Positions 49,595-59,997 of a DNA stretch of 64,000 nucleotides are shown one piece after another. The notes under the pieces are model-generated. The model worked only from the letters and a program-made list of their open reading frames with translations. It was not told the DNA's origin and searched no databases. The translations under genes were made by a program, and so were the position numbers. This DNA is from Candidatus Cryptobacteroides merdigallinarum (lineage in GTDB: Bacteria > Bacteroidota > Bacteroidia > Bacteroidales > UBA932). How positions within the stretch are numbered: position 1 is the first letter of the stretch; each line of letters begins with the position of its first letter. The stretch lies in the NCBI GenBank assembly GCA_017694655.1, contig JADIMQ010000003.1:1963-65962 (forward strand), given 5' to 3'.

Positions 49595-50377
49595 TCACAC
49601 GTCCCCGACACCGGTCGACTGGTCAGTCTCATTCCAGTCCTTGATCTCGACAGTGACGTCCATCTCCTGATAGTTGAACGTGATCCTGATGTCGTCCAGG
49701 TCCGCGGCATCCCAGTCGTAACCTTCAGCCCTTATCCATCCCGCGAGGTCGAAATCCACATTGCCGCCGCCGTCGTTTACGTACAGGGAAATGCGGGACT
49801 GCGGATTCTGGCGGGGGAGTGTGAAGTGGAAATGCCCGTCATCCCCCTTGGACAGTGCGAGAGAATAAGGCCCCTCTACCGGGGTACGTGTAAGGAGGTC
49901 CATACCGTTGACCTCACCCTCCAGGCTGACCTGGGAATTTTCCGGCATCCCTATCACCTCGAGATCCACCGCCGCGAACTGCTTGTGGAGCTCAGCCTTT
50001 ATATAGTCCGTTTCCCCGGCGCATTCGGCATAGCCGTTGAAACTCCACAGGCTGTCGGCCTGCTGCCCCTCTGGAATCCTGTAGACACTATTCTCGATCA
50101 TGTCCCGGGCTATGTCTTTGATGGAGCATGCAAACACGTCGGCCCGGCTCCTGCTGACTTCGAAAGTCTCCTCGGCCGGAGACTGGAACTCGGAGTAGGT
50201 CACCCCGTTGCCCTGGGTCAGTCCGGTCAGGAACGGCGCCCTGGCTGCAGGTGCCCCCAGGAGGTCCACATCCAGGAGGCAAGGGCAGACAGACCTGTCT
50301 TCCTTTACAGAACAAGATGTTATGGTAGCGGCCAGGAGATATCCTCCCGCAGCTATTGTAAGGAAACTCTTTTTCAT
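49595..50377 (-). CDS. FimB/Mfa2-like anchor pilin (paralog of 5071..5847)
   Basis: SCSVKEDRSVCPC, ADSLW, LHKQFA, GEV.GMDLLT, LPRQ, GYDW.A.DL.DI. Confidence 0.75.
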   Translation of the reverse strand: MKKSFLTIAAGGYLLAATITSCSVKEDRSVCPCLLDVDLLGAPAARAPFLTGLTQGNGVTYSEFQSPAEETFEVSRSRADVFACSIKDIARDMIENSVYRIPEGQQADSLWSFNGYAECAGETDYIKAELHKQFAAVDLEVIGMPENSQVSLEGEVNGMDLLTRTPVEGPYSLALSKGDDGHFHFTLPRQNPQSRISLYVNDGGGNVDFDLAGWIRAEGYDWDAADLDDIRITFNYQEMDVTVEIKDWNETDQSTGVGDV

Positions 50378-50381
50378 AATC

Positions 50382-52370
50382 TTACAGCAATGGTTCTTCA
50401 TCGGTTTGCAACTGCTCGTCTATACTGTATCTTTTCTTCAGGGCAGCTATCTCCGGGTCGAGGTTGCCCCTGTGTACCATGGCCGGGTTCATCCGGCATG
50501 CCCTTATATAATATTCGACTGCCTTGGCGTCATCTCCGAGCCTTCCGTACAGTATCGCCAGCATGTAGCTCACCCTGTCGTCCTTCTCGAGTTTCTCGAG
50601 GATATCCTTGGCGCTGGCATTGTAGTCGAGGCTCATGTACGCGACGGCCGTATTGTAGTCCCCGTATGGCCGCAGCATCGAGATGGCTTTCTCGTAGTCC
50701 CTGTCCCGGATGGCCTGTACACCCTCCATGTAGACACTGTCCGGAACCGTAGTATGTACAGTGTCCTTCACCATACCCTTCCTGTGCAGATGGAAGTCAA
50801 ACCTTACCGTCCTCAGCTTTGGGTACATTGAGTTCCGGATATGGTCATAGCTGGCGAACTCCCTCATCCTCGCTTCCTGCAGGTCCGCGTCAAGGCTGTC
50901 GCGGCCGCTGAAATACTGCTCTTTCTCCGCAGCGGTCATCACCGTATCCGCCTTCACTATGGCATCCAGCATATTCCAGTTCTCTCCTCCAGAGTAACTT
51001 ATCATGGGGATGATGTTCCTCTCGATATTCTGGACATTCCCGTATTCGTCCACCGAGAACCCTGAAACCGCCTCCAGGGAATCCGTGTAGGACTTCATCC
51101 AGTCCCCGAAATATTTCCCTATGGCCTGCGCCCTGTTCCTGGACAGGGTCTCGTTGTACGACCTGCGTCCTTCCGGGGAAGCCGAGGCTGTCACCACCAC
51201 GGAGTCGAGGTCGAGCTCCTTGTTCTCCATGAGGGAAGCAAGGTTCTCCTTGATCCGGTGTATCTCCTCGTCGTTGTTGGCGAAGGTATCCACCACCTCG
51301 TAGCTCGCGAGGTCAAAGTCTATGTAGCATACCGTATTGGCTTCCACCCTCCGTTCCAGGATTTTCTTTATGTAGCGTACCGTATTGTCTGTCAGTGTAC
51401 TGAGCGAGCTGATATAGAAGGTCAGCGGTTCGGACTCCGGCATGGAGTACAGGCTCTGGTCCGACTTGTACACCTCCCCTCCGAGCACGACCTCCACCTT
51501 GCGGAGCTTCGGCCTGGTGTCCACTGTCTGTACATAGTCGTATATGAAGTCCCCGTTCACGCTCCGGATGACGGTGTCGAGCTTTATCCCCTCCGAGATG
51601 ATAGGGGCTTTCACATATTTCCGGAACATGTCGTCTTTCCTGGAAATGCGCTTGTTGTTTATCCTGAGCCCTATCTTGTTGGTATAGTGCCATACGGCCT
51701 CTTCCCCGGAAACCCCGAACGCGGAGCGGAATTCCGACTCCGTCACGAAGCTCGTGTCATTGCGGAACGCATACAGTTCCGGGATGTTCCTCTTTATGAA
51801 AATCTCGAGGAGCCTCATGTTCACGAAATACGTGGTGTCGCTCACGATGGACGACAGGAAACGGTTGTACCTCTGGTAACCCTTCAGCTGTTCCTCCCGG
51901 TAGCCCATACCTGTGATTATCACCGGGCTCAGGGCCACGGTATCCTCAAGGATGTGCATTATCGGGAAGAACCGGAGCTGCCAGTCCTCATACTGCATCT
52001 TCTCCGGTACAGTGATCCGGAAGACTATGTCCACCTTGCCACGCCTCTCCGCCACATTGCGGAAGCGGGCCGTGACAGTGGCAGCGTCCAGGACGTCTGT
52101 CGCCACCATCTCCCCGTTCTCGTCCTTGACGGCCCTCATTATCAGGACCTCTTTCCCGTCGAAGTCCTCGATCTGTATGGTGTCCCTCTTCTGTACCTCA
52201 GGCACATCGTTCCATTCTTCCGGGTCGCCGGCATCTTCGCTCGAGAGGGACAGTGCCGCGCCCACGGCCTCTTCATTCAGGTCCTTGAGCCTTTTCTGGG
52301 TGGCGCAGGAGAGCATGAAGATGCCTGCCGCAAGCAGCATTATGATGTTTTTTGTCTTTAGAATACCCAT
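50382..52370 (-). CDS. OmpA-like/TPR lipoprotein (paralog of 940..2922)
   Basis: MGILK start; shared blocks ATVTARFRNVAER, LTFYISSLSTLTD, ASASPEG, HLHRKGM.KDTVHTT, HRGNLDPEIAALK. Confidence 0.8.
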   Translation of the reverse strand: MGILKTKNIIMLLAAGIFMLSCATQKRLKDLNEEAVGAALSLSSEDAGDPEEWNDVPEVQKRDTIQIEDFDGKEVLIMRAVKDENGEMVATDVLDAATVTARFRNVAERRGKVDIVFRITVPEKMQYEDWQLRFFPIMHILEDTVALSPVIITGMGYREEQLKGYQRYNRFLSSIVSDTTYFVNMRLLEIFIKRNIPELYAFRNDTSFVTESEFRSAFGVSGEEAVWHYTNKIGLRINNKRISRKDDMFRKYVKAPIISEGIKLDTVIRSVNGDFIYDYVQTVDTRPKLRKVEVVLGGEVYKSDQSLYSMPESEPLTFYISSLSTLTDNTVRYIKKILERRVEANTVCYIDFDLASYEVVDTFANNDEEIHRIKENLASLMENKELDLDSVVVTASASPEGRRSYNETLSRNRAQAIGKYFGDWMKSYTDSLEAVSGFSVDEYGNVQNIERNIIPMISYSGGENWNMLDAIVKADTVMTAAEKEQYFSGRDSLDADLQEARMREFASYDHIRNSMYPKLRTVRFDFHLHRKGMVKDTVHTTVPDSVYMEGVQAIRDRDYEKAISMLRPYGDYNTAVAYMSLDYNASAKDILEKLEKDDRVSYMLAILYGRLGDDAKAVEYYIRACRMNPAMVHRGNLDPEIAALKKRYSIDEQLQTDEEPLL

Positions 52371-52912
52371 ATCAAAGCTATTGTCAAATCATCTGGAAGG
52401 ATAAACCACTTGTCTCCTGAATCCGTTATCCTGCCGCATTTCGGGCAAGTGTACGAGGTGTACCTTGTCCATCCTCCGAAAGCCCCCAGCCCGAACTCTA
52501 TGTTCAGATGTTCGTTCAGCATCAGGGTATAACCGCCGCTGATGCCGAGGCCGACAGCGTCTCCTTCCTCGGTAGTCTGGCGGAACAAGCCTCCGCGGTT
52601 GTATTCCCTGTATTTGGCGGCACCGCCTACCCACCATCCGGAATAGACGTGCCAAGGCCACCAGCGTGTGCCTATCAGGTATTCCTGTCTCTTGCTCTGG
52701 AACTGGCTTCCGTTCCCCTTCTTGAATACCCAGGGGTTGTACATGGCTGCCACTTCGATGCTGAAATGCCTCGAGACCGCGGCCCCGCCTTCGATATTCA
52801 TCGTCCCGAGGTGGGCCCATGTGCCGAAGTCAGTCCCCAAATGCCATTTCTGGGCTGATGCCGATATGGAGGTCAGCATCAGTATGGCAATAATGATTAT
52901 TGTCCTGTTCAT
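52358..52912 (-). CDS. DUF3575 beta-barrel (paralog of 398..952)
   Basis: RWWPWHVYSGWW, CPKCGRIT, WFILPDD, LIWVF; same 13-nt overlap with the next gene. Confidence 0.8.
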   Translation of the reverse strand: MNRTIIIIAILMLTSISASAQKWHLGTDFGTWAHLGTMNIEGGAAVSRHFSIEVAAMYNPWVFKKGNGSQFQSKRQEYLIGTRWWPWHVYSGWWVGGAAKYREYNRGGLFRQTTEEGDAVGLGISGGYTLMLNEHLNIEFGLGAFGGWTRYTSYTCPKCGRITDSGDKWFILPDDLTIALIWVF

Positions 52913-53345
52913 TTTATAAGTGGATCTGATGTTTTTTCACTGCTTCTGATTTTGCCGTTGCAAAGAACCGCTATTTGTTCCAATAATCATTTTACACTTT
53001 GTGTCTATTTTTTGTCTTTCTGTGTAAAGTGCGAATATTTTTTCCGTAATGAGGGGGGTGAACGGCCCAAAAGAGATTTTGTGTCACCCTAAAACGTCTT
53101 TTGTGGCGGCCCCGACATAGTCCTGCAGGCACCTTGTCTGCGGCTGCGCACAGAGGCACAGGCAGAACGTATACAGGGCAATCGTGGCAAACAAGAGTTT
53201 CATATCCTTTTTTCCGGCAAAAATATGACGAGACTCTGTAGAAATTCTGTCGTACGCCGGTGTCCGGGATTTTGCCGGTGCCCATAAAATCCTATCTTTG
53301 CAGATGCTTCCCCTGCCCGGGCAGGCGGACGGCAGATAAAACAGG

Positions 53346-54545
53346 ATGGATATGAATGAGATAAGATGTCCCGAGTGCGGGAGTGTATTCAAGGTGGACG
53401 AGGCCGGGTATGCCTCGATCCTGAACCAGGTGAGGACCAGGGAGTTCAAGGAGGAGATGGACCGCCGCATGGCCGAGCTGCAGCAGCGGATGAAGGCGGA
53501 GCTCGCCAATGAAAGGCTCCGTACGGAACAGCGGTTTGCCGATAGCCTGAACGCGAAGCAGCAGGAGATTGTCCAGCTGCGCGAGGCCGTGGACAGGAAG
53601 TCCGGGGAGATACGGATTGCTGTCCTGGAGGAGAAGAACCGTGCGCAGGAGATGCTCAAGGAGAGGGATACGCAGATTGCCGAGCTCAAGGGCATGGTGA
53701 AGTCCGGGGAAGACGCCGCCAGGCTCAGGGAGAACGCCTTGCGGGAGAAGTACGAGCAGCAGCTGAAGGACAAGCAGGAGCAGGTGGACTACTACAAGGA
53801 CCTCAAGGCCAGGCTGTCCACCAAGATGATAGGGGAGAGCCTCGAGGTGCACTGCAGCAACGAGTTCAACAAGGTAAGGACATACGCCTTTCCCCATGCC
53901 TATTTCGAGAAGGACAACGATGCCCGGGGCGGCAGCAAGGGTGACTTCATATTCCGGGACTATACGGACGACGGGGTGGAGTACATCTCCATAATGTTCG
54001 AGATGAAGAACGAGATGGACGACACAGCGGCAAGGCACCGGAACGAGGAATTCTTCCACAAGCTCGACAGGGACAGGAACGAGAAAAAGTGCGAGTACGC
54101 CGTCCTGGTATCCCTCCTGGAGCCGGACAACGAGTTCTACAACGGCGGCATCGTGGACGTCTCCTACCGCTATCCCAAGATGTATGTGGTCCGGCCCCAG
54201 TTCTTCATGCCCATAATCTCCCTGCTCTCGCAGGCGTCGAGGAACGCCGCGGTGTACAAGCAGCAGCTTGCCGCGGCAAGGCAGCAGACCATCGACGTGA
54301 CCAATTTCGAGAACAAGCTAAACGACTTCAAGGAGAAATTCTCGAGGAACTACAGGCTCGCGAGCGAGAAATTCCAGACCGCGATAGCGGAAATAGACAA
54401 GAGCATCGCCCATCTCATGAAGATAAAGGAGGCCCTGCTCGGTTCGGAGAACAATCTCCGTCTGGCGAACGAGAAGGCGGAGGACCTCACCATACGCAAG
54501 CTTACCTGGGGGAACCCGACCATGGCGGACAAGTTCTCCAAGTGA
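53346..54545 (+). CDS. DUF2130 coiled-coil protein
   Basis: [26 protein letters not shown]...[17 protein letters not shown]; TATCTTTG promoter element at 53293. Confidence 0.9.
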   Translation: MDMNEIRCPECGSVFKVDEAGYASILNQVRTREFKEEMDRRMAELQQRMKAELANERLRTEQRFADSLNAKQQEIVQLREAVDRKSGEIRIAVLEEKNRAQEMLKERDTQIAELKGMVKSGEDAARLRENALREKYEQQLKDKQEQVDYYKDLKARLSTKMIGESLEVHCSNEFNKVRTYAFPHAYFEKDNDARGGSKGDFIFRDYTDDGVEYISIMFEMKNEMDDTAARHRNEEFFHKLDRDRNEKKCEYAVLVSLLEPDNEFYNGGIVDVSYRYPKMYVVRPQFFMPIISLLSQASRNAAVYKQQLAAARQQTIDVTNFENKLNDFKEKFSRNYRLASEKFQTAIAEIDKSIAHLMKIKEALLGSENNLRLANEKAEDLTIRKLTWGNPTMADKFSK

Positions 54546-54631
54546 ATCCCTGTTGATTTTCGAGAAATTTAAACGGCTTCTTGTTCTGATTTTGTAACTT
54601 TGCCCCGCCGCCACCAGAGGCGGGGTCTTTT

Positions 54632-55618
54632 ATGGAAGAAACTATATTTGTCCTTGTGCTGCTTGGCATTATCAGCCTTGTGGCCATTGCGGCTGTCGCG
54701 GCCGTGGCGGGGATTGCGGCCCTGTTCAGGGTGCCGTTCCGCTCCGTGTTCCTGAACGGGCTATGGGTCCTTCTCCTGCCTCCGGCGCTATTCCTCTACG
54801 GGTGGCTGGCCGGGCGGGATGCCGTGGTGGTGAACCGGGTGGAAATCTCCTCCGGACGCCTGCCGTCATCCTTCGACGGATACCGGGTCGTCCAGATTTC
54901 GGACATGCACCTGCGTTCCTTCAGGGGACGGGACGAGGTACTGCGCAGGATTGTGGACTCGGTGAACGCGCAGCACCCGGACATCGTGGCCTTCACGGGA
55001 GACCTTGTCACGACGGCCCCGGATGAGATTCCGCATTTTGTGGAGGAACTCTCGCGGCTGGAGGCTGCCGACGGCATATTCTCGGTCATGGGCAACCACG
55101 ACTACTGCCCGTATAACGACTGGGACAGCCATGAGGAACGGGAAGAGGCCGTCGCCCTGGTCCGCAGGCATGAGAAGGAGCTGGGCTGGAGGTTGCTCGA
55201 CAACGCCTCCTTCATCTTGAGGCGTCCGTCTGCCGCAGGGGTGGACTCTGTCGCCGTAACAGGGGTGGAGAATATCTCGGCCATGAGGCAGTTCGAGACA
55301 CACGGGGACCTCGGGAAAGCCCTGGAAGGGACCGGCGGCTGCTTCAAGATCCTCCTGTCCCATGACCCTACCCACTGGAGATTCGGGGTCACCGGCAGGG
55401 AAGACATCGTGCTGACCTTGTCCGGCCACACCCACAATGCCCAGTTCAAGTTCCTGGGCCTGGAGCCGAGCCGCCTCCTGTACCGGGAGAACAGCGGGCT
55501 CTACAGGGAGGGGGAACAGTACCTGTATGTCAACGACGGCCTGGGCGAGACAATGTTCCCGGCCAGGATTGGTGTCCCTGCCGAAATCACGGTCTTCACC
55601 CTCCGGACGGCCCTCTGA
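54632..55618 (+). CDS. Membrane-anchored metallophosphoesterase (YkuE-like)
   Basis: SDMH, TGDLV, MGNHD, LLSHDP, SGHTH; TAACTTTG promoter element at 54595. Confidence 0.9.
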   Translation: MEETIFVLVLLGIISLVAIAAVAAVAGIAALFRVPFRSVFLNGLWVLLLPPALFLYGWLAGRDAVVVNRVEISSGRLPSSFDGYRVVQISDMHLRSFRGRDEVLRRIVDSVNAQHPDIVAFTGDLVTTAPDEIPHFVEELSRLEAADGIFSVMGNHDYCPYNDWDSHEEREEAVALVRRHEKELGWRLLDNASFILRRPSAAGVDSVAVTGVENISAMRQFETHGDLGKALEGTGGCFKILLSHDPTHWRFGVTGREDIVLTLSGHTHNAQFKFLGLEPSRLLYRENSGLYREGEQYLYVNDGLGETMFPARIGVPAEITVFTLRTAL

Positions 55619-55667
55619 CGCACGGCCGCGGAAAATCCGAACGCATTCAAAAAAAAAGGAGCTGAAT

Positions 55668-56810
55668 ATGAGTGAAACACAGACAACTGCCAAGGTATTC
55701 TACACCGACTTCCGCTGCCGGCCGGACGAAGGCCCAGCCGACAAGCTGAAGCGCCTGATAAAGGCTGCCGGCATCTCCGGCATAGACATGGACGGCAAGT
55801 TCGTGGCCATCAAGATGCACTTCGGGGAACTCGGGAACATGACTTTCCTGAGGCCGAACTACGCGAAGGCCGTGGCCGACACCGTGGCCGGGGCCGGAGG
55901 CAAGCCCTTCCTGACCGACTGCAACACCCTCTATCCCGGGAAGAGGAAGAACGCCATAGAGCATCTTTACTGCGCATGGGAGAACGGGTTCTCGCCCCTG
56001 TCCGCAGGCTGCCCGGTGATAATAGGTGACGGGCTTAAGGGAACCGACGACATCGCCGTCCCGGTGGCCGGGGGAGAGTATGTGAAGGAGGCGAGGATAG
56101 GACGGGCGGTGATGGATGCCGACGTGTTCATATCCCTGACTCATTTTAAGGGGCACGAGATGACAGGTTTCGGTGGCGCCATCAAGAACATAGGCATGGG
56201 CTGCGGCTCGAGGGCCGGGAAGAAGGAACAGCACTGCAACGGCAAGGCCGTCATCGACCCGGAGAAGTGCCGGGGCTGCCGAAGGTGCATGAGGGAGTGT
56301 GCGAACGACGGGCTGGTCTTCGACGAGGCGTCCCGGAAAATGTCGGTGGACCAGGAGAACTGCGTGGGCTGCGGCCGCTGCATAGGGGCGTGCAACTTCG
56401 ACGCCATAGACTTCGCCCAGGATGCAGCGGTAAAGGAGCTGAACTGCAGGATGGCGGAATATGCCAAGGCCGTGGTGGACGGAAGGCCGGGATTCCACAT
56501 ATCCATAATATGTGATGTCTCCCCGACCTGCGACTGCCATCCAGGCAACGACACCCCGATAATACCGGATGTCGGCATGTTCGCTTCCTTCGACCCCCTG
56601 GCCCTGGACCAGGCCTGCGTGGACGCCTGCCTGAAGCAGTCCCCTCTGCCTGGCAGCCAGCTTGCCGACGAGATGGCAAGGCCGGATTTCCACGACAGGC
56701 ACGACCATTTCTGCAATACAAACCCTGACACCGAATACAGGACCTGCCTCGCCCATGCGGAGAAAATAGGGCTCGGCACCCGCAGCTACGAGCTTGTCAG
56801 GGTGAAGTGA
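55668..56810 (+). CDS. DUF362 protein with 2x[4Fe-4S] ferredoxin domain
   Basis: AIKMHFGE.GN, LTDCNTLY, HFKGHE..GFGGAIKN.GMG, CRGCRRC...C and CVGCGRC...C. Confidence 0.9.
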   Translation: MSETQTTAKVFYTDFRCRPDEGPADKLKRLIKAAGISGIDMDGKFVAIKMHFGELGNMTFLRPNYAKAVADTVAGAGGKPFLTDCNTLYPGKRKNAIEHLYCAWENGFSPLSAGCPVIIGDGLKGTDDIAVPVAGGEYVKEARIGRAVMDADVFISLTHFKGHEMTGFGGAIKNIGMGCGSRAGKKEQHCNGKAVIDPEKCRGCRRCMRECANDGLVFDEASRKMSVDQENCVGCGRCIGACNFDAIDFAQDAAVKELNCRMAEYAKAVVDGRPGFHISIICDVSPTCDCHPGNDTPIIPDVGMFASFDPLALDQACVDACLKQSPLPGSQLADEMARPDFHDRHDHFCNTNPDTEYRTCLAHAEKIGLGTRSYELVRVK

Positions 56811-56903
56811 CTCCGTAAAATGTGCACAACAAGCAGTAAAATATGTACTGGGGTATAGCTCCGGATTCCTTATTTTTGCGGCATCGTTACAAAGAAAAGG
56901 AAA

Positions 56904-58910
56904 ATGAGAGAATATATTGTTGCCTCAGCCATATCCATTGCAATGGCTCTGCTATGCAATGACCCGCTCGTGGCAGCCGTCCGGACCTCTGCCCCGGACG
57001 GCTCTCCACGGGCTTATCCTTCAGCCACGGACCGTACTGTAGATTCGGACGGGAATGCAGTTCTGACTGCCCCCTCCGATACTGCGGCGGCATTCCCTTC
57101 CTACAGTATAGACGAGGTAGTCGTCACCGGGACACGCAACCGGACCGATGTCCGCCATCTCCCCATGACCATCTCCGTGGTGGACAGGGAGGAGCTGGAG
57201 AGGAGCCAGGCCGTGTCCATACTTCCTGTCCTCAATTCCATGGTCCCGGGATTCTTCTCGACTTCGAGGGGGATTCTCGGGTACGGGGTCTCCGACGGGG
57301 CGGCGGGACAGATGTCGGTCCGCGGTATCGGCGGCCCGGTACAGCAGGGACTCCAGACCACCGGGCTGCTTGTGCTGATAGACGGGCATCCACAGTACAT
57401 GGGGCTGATGGGGCATCCCATAGCTGACTCGTACCAGACCATGATGGTGGAGAGGGTGGAGGTCCTCCGGGGACCGGCATCCGTCCTCTACGGGAGCAAC
57501 GCCATGGGAGGGGTCATAAACATCGTGACCCGCAAGATGGACCAGGACGGGGTGAAGACCGGCATCAATGTAGGGGGCGGCTCCTGGGGTACCTTCCTGG
57601 GCGAGGTAACGAACCGGGTCAGGAAAGGGAGGTTCAGCAGCGTGGTGACGGCCTCCTACAACCGTACGGACGGGCATCGCTCCGACATGGGCTTCGAGCA
57701 GTACGGGGGCTATGCCAAGCTCGGCTACGATTTCACTGACCACTGGAAACTGTGGGGAGACGTGAATGTCACGCATTTCAACGCCTCTAACCCCGGTGCC
57801 GTGGATGAACCCTATCTCGACAACGACCAGCGTATCACCAGGGGCATGGCCTCTGTCGCCATAGAGAATGACTATGACCGGACTTCCGGCTCCGTCAGCT
57901 TCTTCTACAACTGGGGCGACCACTGGATAAACGACGGCTACCGTCCCGGGGAACAGCCCCTGGACTACCGCTTCAACTCCACAGACCTCATGTACGGAGT
58001 CTCCTGGTACCAGAGCGCGGCTTTCTTCAAGGGCAACCGCATCACCCTCGGCTTCGACTATTTCCATTTCGGCGGGAGGGCCTGGAACGAGTTCATCCTG
58101 GACGGGCATACGGCGAGCCTTGCCGACAAGTCCCTGGACGAGATGGCCGGCTACCTGGATTTCCGCCAGGACATAGGCCGGTGGATGAGCCTTGACGCCG
58201 GTGTGCGTGTAGACTGGCATTCGGTCACCGGCACGGAGGTCATCCCCCAGGCAGGGCTGGCCTTCCACCTGCCGCATGACACCGAGCTCAAGGCCATGGC
58301 CGGGAAAGGTTTCCGCAACCCTACCATAAGGGAGATGTACATGTTCCCTCCGCAGAATCCCGACCTTCTCCCGGAACGCCTCTGGAGCTATGAGCTTTCC
58401 GTTTCCCAGTCCCTCCTGGACGGGCGGCTCCATTACGGCGCCAATGTATTCTACATAAACGGGGACAATATCATCATGCGCCTGCCGAACCCTTCCGGGA
58501 GCGGTATGCTGAACCAGAATTCCGGGAAAATAGAGAACTGGGGCACCGAAGTCAGCCTTTCCTACCGGTTCAGCCCGGCCTGGAGCGTGCAGGGCAGCTA
58601 CAGCTGGCTGAATATGGAGAATCCGGTACTGTCCTCCCCGCAGCACAAGCTGGCCGCCGGGGCCGACTTCACGAAGGGCCGCTGGACTGTCTCCACCGTG
58701 ATACAGTATGTGAACGGGCTCTATACCGACCTCGACACCCTGGACACGGAGAATTTCGTCCTCTGGGACCTGAACGTCCGCTTCCGGATACTTGACTGGC
58801 TTTCCGTATATGCCAAGGGGGAGAACCTCCTGGCGCAGAGATATGAGATCCTGGCCGGCTACCCTATGCCCGGGGCAACCTTCCTCGGCGGTGTCAGCAT
58901 CGACATCTGA
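56904..58910 (+). CDS. TonB-dependent receptor (BtuB/cirA-like, non-SusC)
   Basis: DEVVVTGTR, LVLIDG, ERVEVLRGPASVLYGSNAMGGVINIVT, GYPMPG C-terminus. Confidence 0.9.
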   Translation: MREYIVASAISIAMALLCNDPLVAAVRTSAPDGSPRAYPSATDRTVDSDGNAVLTAPSDTAAAFPSYSIDEVVVTGTRNRTDVRHLPMTISVVDREELERSQAVSILPVLNSMVPGFFSTSRGILGYGVSDGAAGQMSVRGIGGPVQQGLQTTGLLVLIDGHPQYMGLMGHPIADSYQTMMVERVEVLRGPASVLYGSNAMGGVINIVTRKMDQDGVKTGINVGGGSWGTFLGEVTNRVRKGRFSSVVTASYNRTDGHRSDMGFEQYGGYAKLGYDFTDHWKLWGDVNVTHFNASNPGAVDEPYLDNDQRITRGMASVAIENDYDRTSGSVSFFYNWGDHWINDGYRPGEQPLDYRFNSTDLMYGVSWYQSAAFFKGNRITLGFDYFHFGGRAWNEFILDGHTASLADKSLDEMAGYLDFRQDIGRWMSLDAGVRVDWHSVTGTEVIPQAGLAFHLPHDTELKAMAGKGFRNPTIREMYMFPPQNPDLLPERLWSYELSVSQSLLDGRLHYGANVFYINGDNIIMRLPNPSGSGMLNQNSGKIENWGTEVSLSYRFSPAWSVQGSYSWLNMENPVLSSPQHKLAAGADFTKGRWTVSTVIQYVNGLYTDLDTLDTENFVLWDLNVRFRILDWLSVYAKGENLLAQRYEILAGYPMPGATFLGGVSIDI

Positions 58911-59019
58911 CGGGCTGGCCGAAGGCAAGGGAACTGCACGGCTGGTGCAGGGACAGTATCCGCCATTCCGCCTATGCCTGCGAGCAGCATGCATGGTTGT
59001 ATACACATTATAAAAGAAA

Positions 59020-59865
59020 ATGATTATGAAAAATTTCGTTGTAAACACGCTCATCGTGTTGTCTTCAGTATGTTTAATGTCTAATATCCAATCTGCCATG
59101 GCACAAGAGAAAATAACACAGACGGCCGGCCGTCAGCAGCTGGGGGAATTCGCCCCTGATTTCGCGAGGTACAATGACGACGTGCTTTTCGGCGAGGTCT
59201 GGAACAATCCGGGGCTCTCTCCTCACGACCGCAGCCTGGTCACCGTCGCCACGCTTGTCGGGAAAGGGATAATAGATTCCTCCCTGTCCCACCATCTCGA
59301 GTTCGCCAGGAACAACGGCGTTACCCGGGAGGAGATTTCCGCTATGCTCACCCACATCGCGTTCTATGCGGGCTGGCCTAATGCATGGGGAGCCTTCAGG
59401 CTTGCCAAGGATGTATGGGCCGGGGATGTCCCTGCCGATGACAACGGCAAGGCCGCTTTCCAGCGCGAGATGATTTTCCCGATAGGGGAGCCGAACACGG
59501 CATACGCGCAGTATTTCATCGGGAACAGCTATCTCGCCCCCGTATCGTCCTCACAGATTCCGTTCTCCAACGTCACTTTCGAGCCGGGCTGCCGCAACAA
59601 CTGGCATATCCATCATGCCGACAAGGGCGGCGGGCAGATGCTCGTATGTGTGGCCGGACGTGGCTGGTACCAGGAGGAAGGCAAGCCTGCCGTACAGCTC
59701 CTGCCGGGTGACGTGGTGAATATCCCTGCCAATGTAAAGCACTGGCACGGGGCTGCGGCCGACAGCTGGTTCGCCCATCTCGCCTTCAGCGTACCGGGGG
59801 AGAACACTTCCAACGAGTGGCTGGAACCTGTCACCGACGAGGAGTACGCGAAACTCGGGAAATAG
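59020..59865 (+). CDS. Carboxymuconolactone-decarboxylase-like + cupin fusion
   Basis: DDVLFGEVW...LS..DRSLVT, AFYAGWP; NVTFEPGCRNNWHIH, KHWHGA...WF.HLA. Confidence 0.9.
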   Translation: MIMKNFVVNTLIVLSSVCLMSNIQSAMAQEKITQTAGRQQLGEFAPDFARYNDDVLFGEVWNNPGLSPHDRSLVTVATLVGKGIIDSSLSHHLEFARNNGVTREEISAMLTHIAFYAGWPNAWGAFRLAKDVWAGDVPADDNGKAAFQREMIFPIGEPNTAYAQYFIGNSYLAPVSSSQIPFSNVTFEPGCRNNWHIHHADKGGGQMLVCVAGRGWYQEEGKPAVQLLPGDVVNIPANVKHWHGAAADSWFAHLAFSVPGENTSNEWLEPVTDEEYAKLGK

Positions 59866-59997
59866 TCCCGGGACCCGCGCCGGCGGGCAGATATCCGGCT
59901 GAATCAGAATAAATACTGATACGGATTCACGAAAATCACGATAATTGGTGATTGCCGCACAATAAGGGTCAGGCTACTTTTGCACCTCGAAAAGAAA

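Noticed and set aside
57021-59099. 692-aa minus-strand ORF (also 61481..62908, 55647..56756, 51258..52361, 45122..46204)
   Set aside because: Antisense shadows of well-supported genes in GC-rich coding DNA; no motifs of their own.
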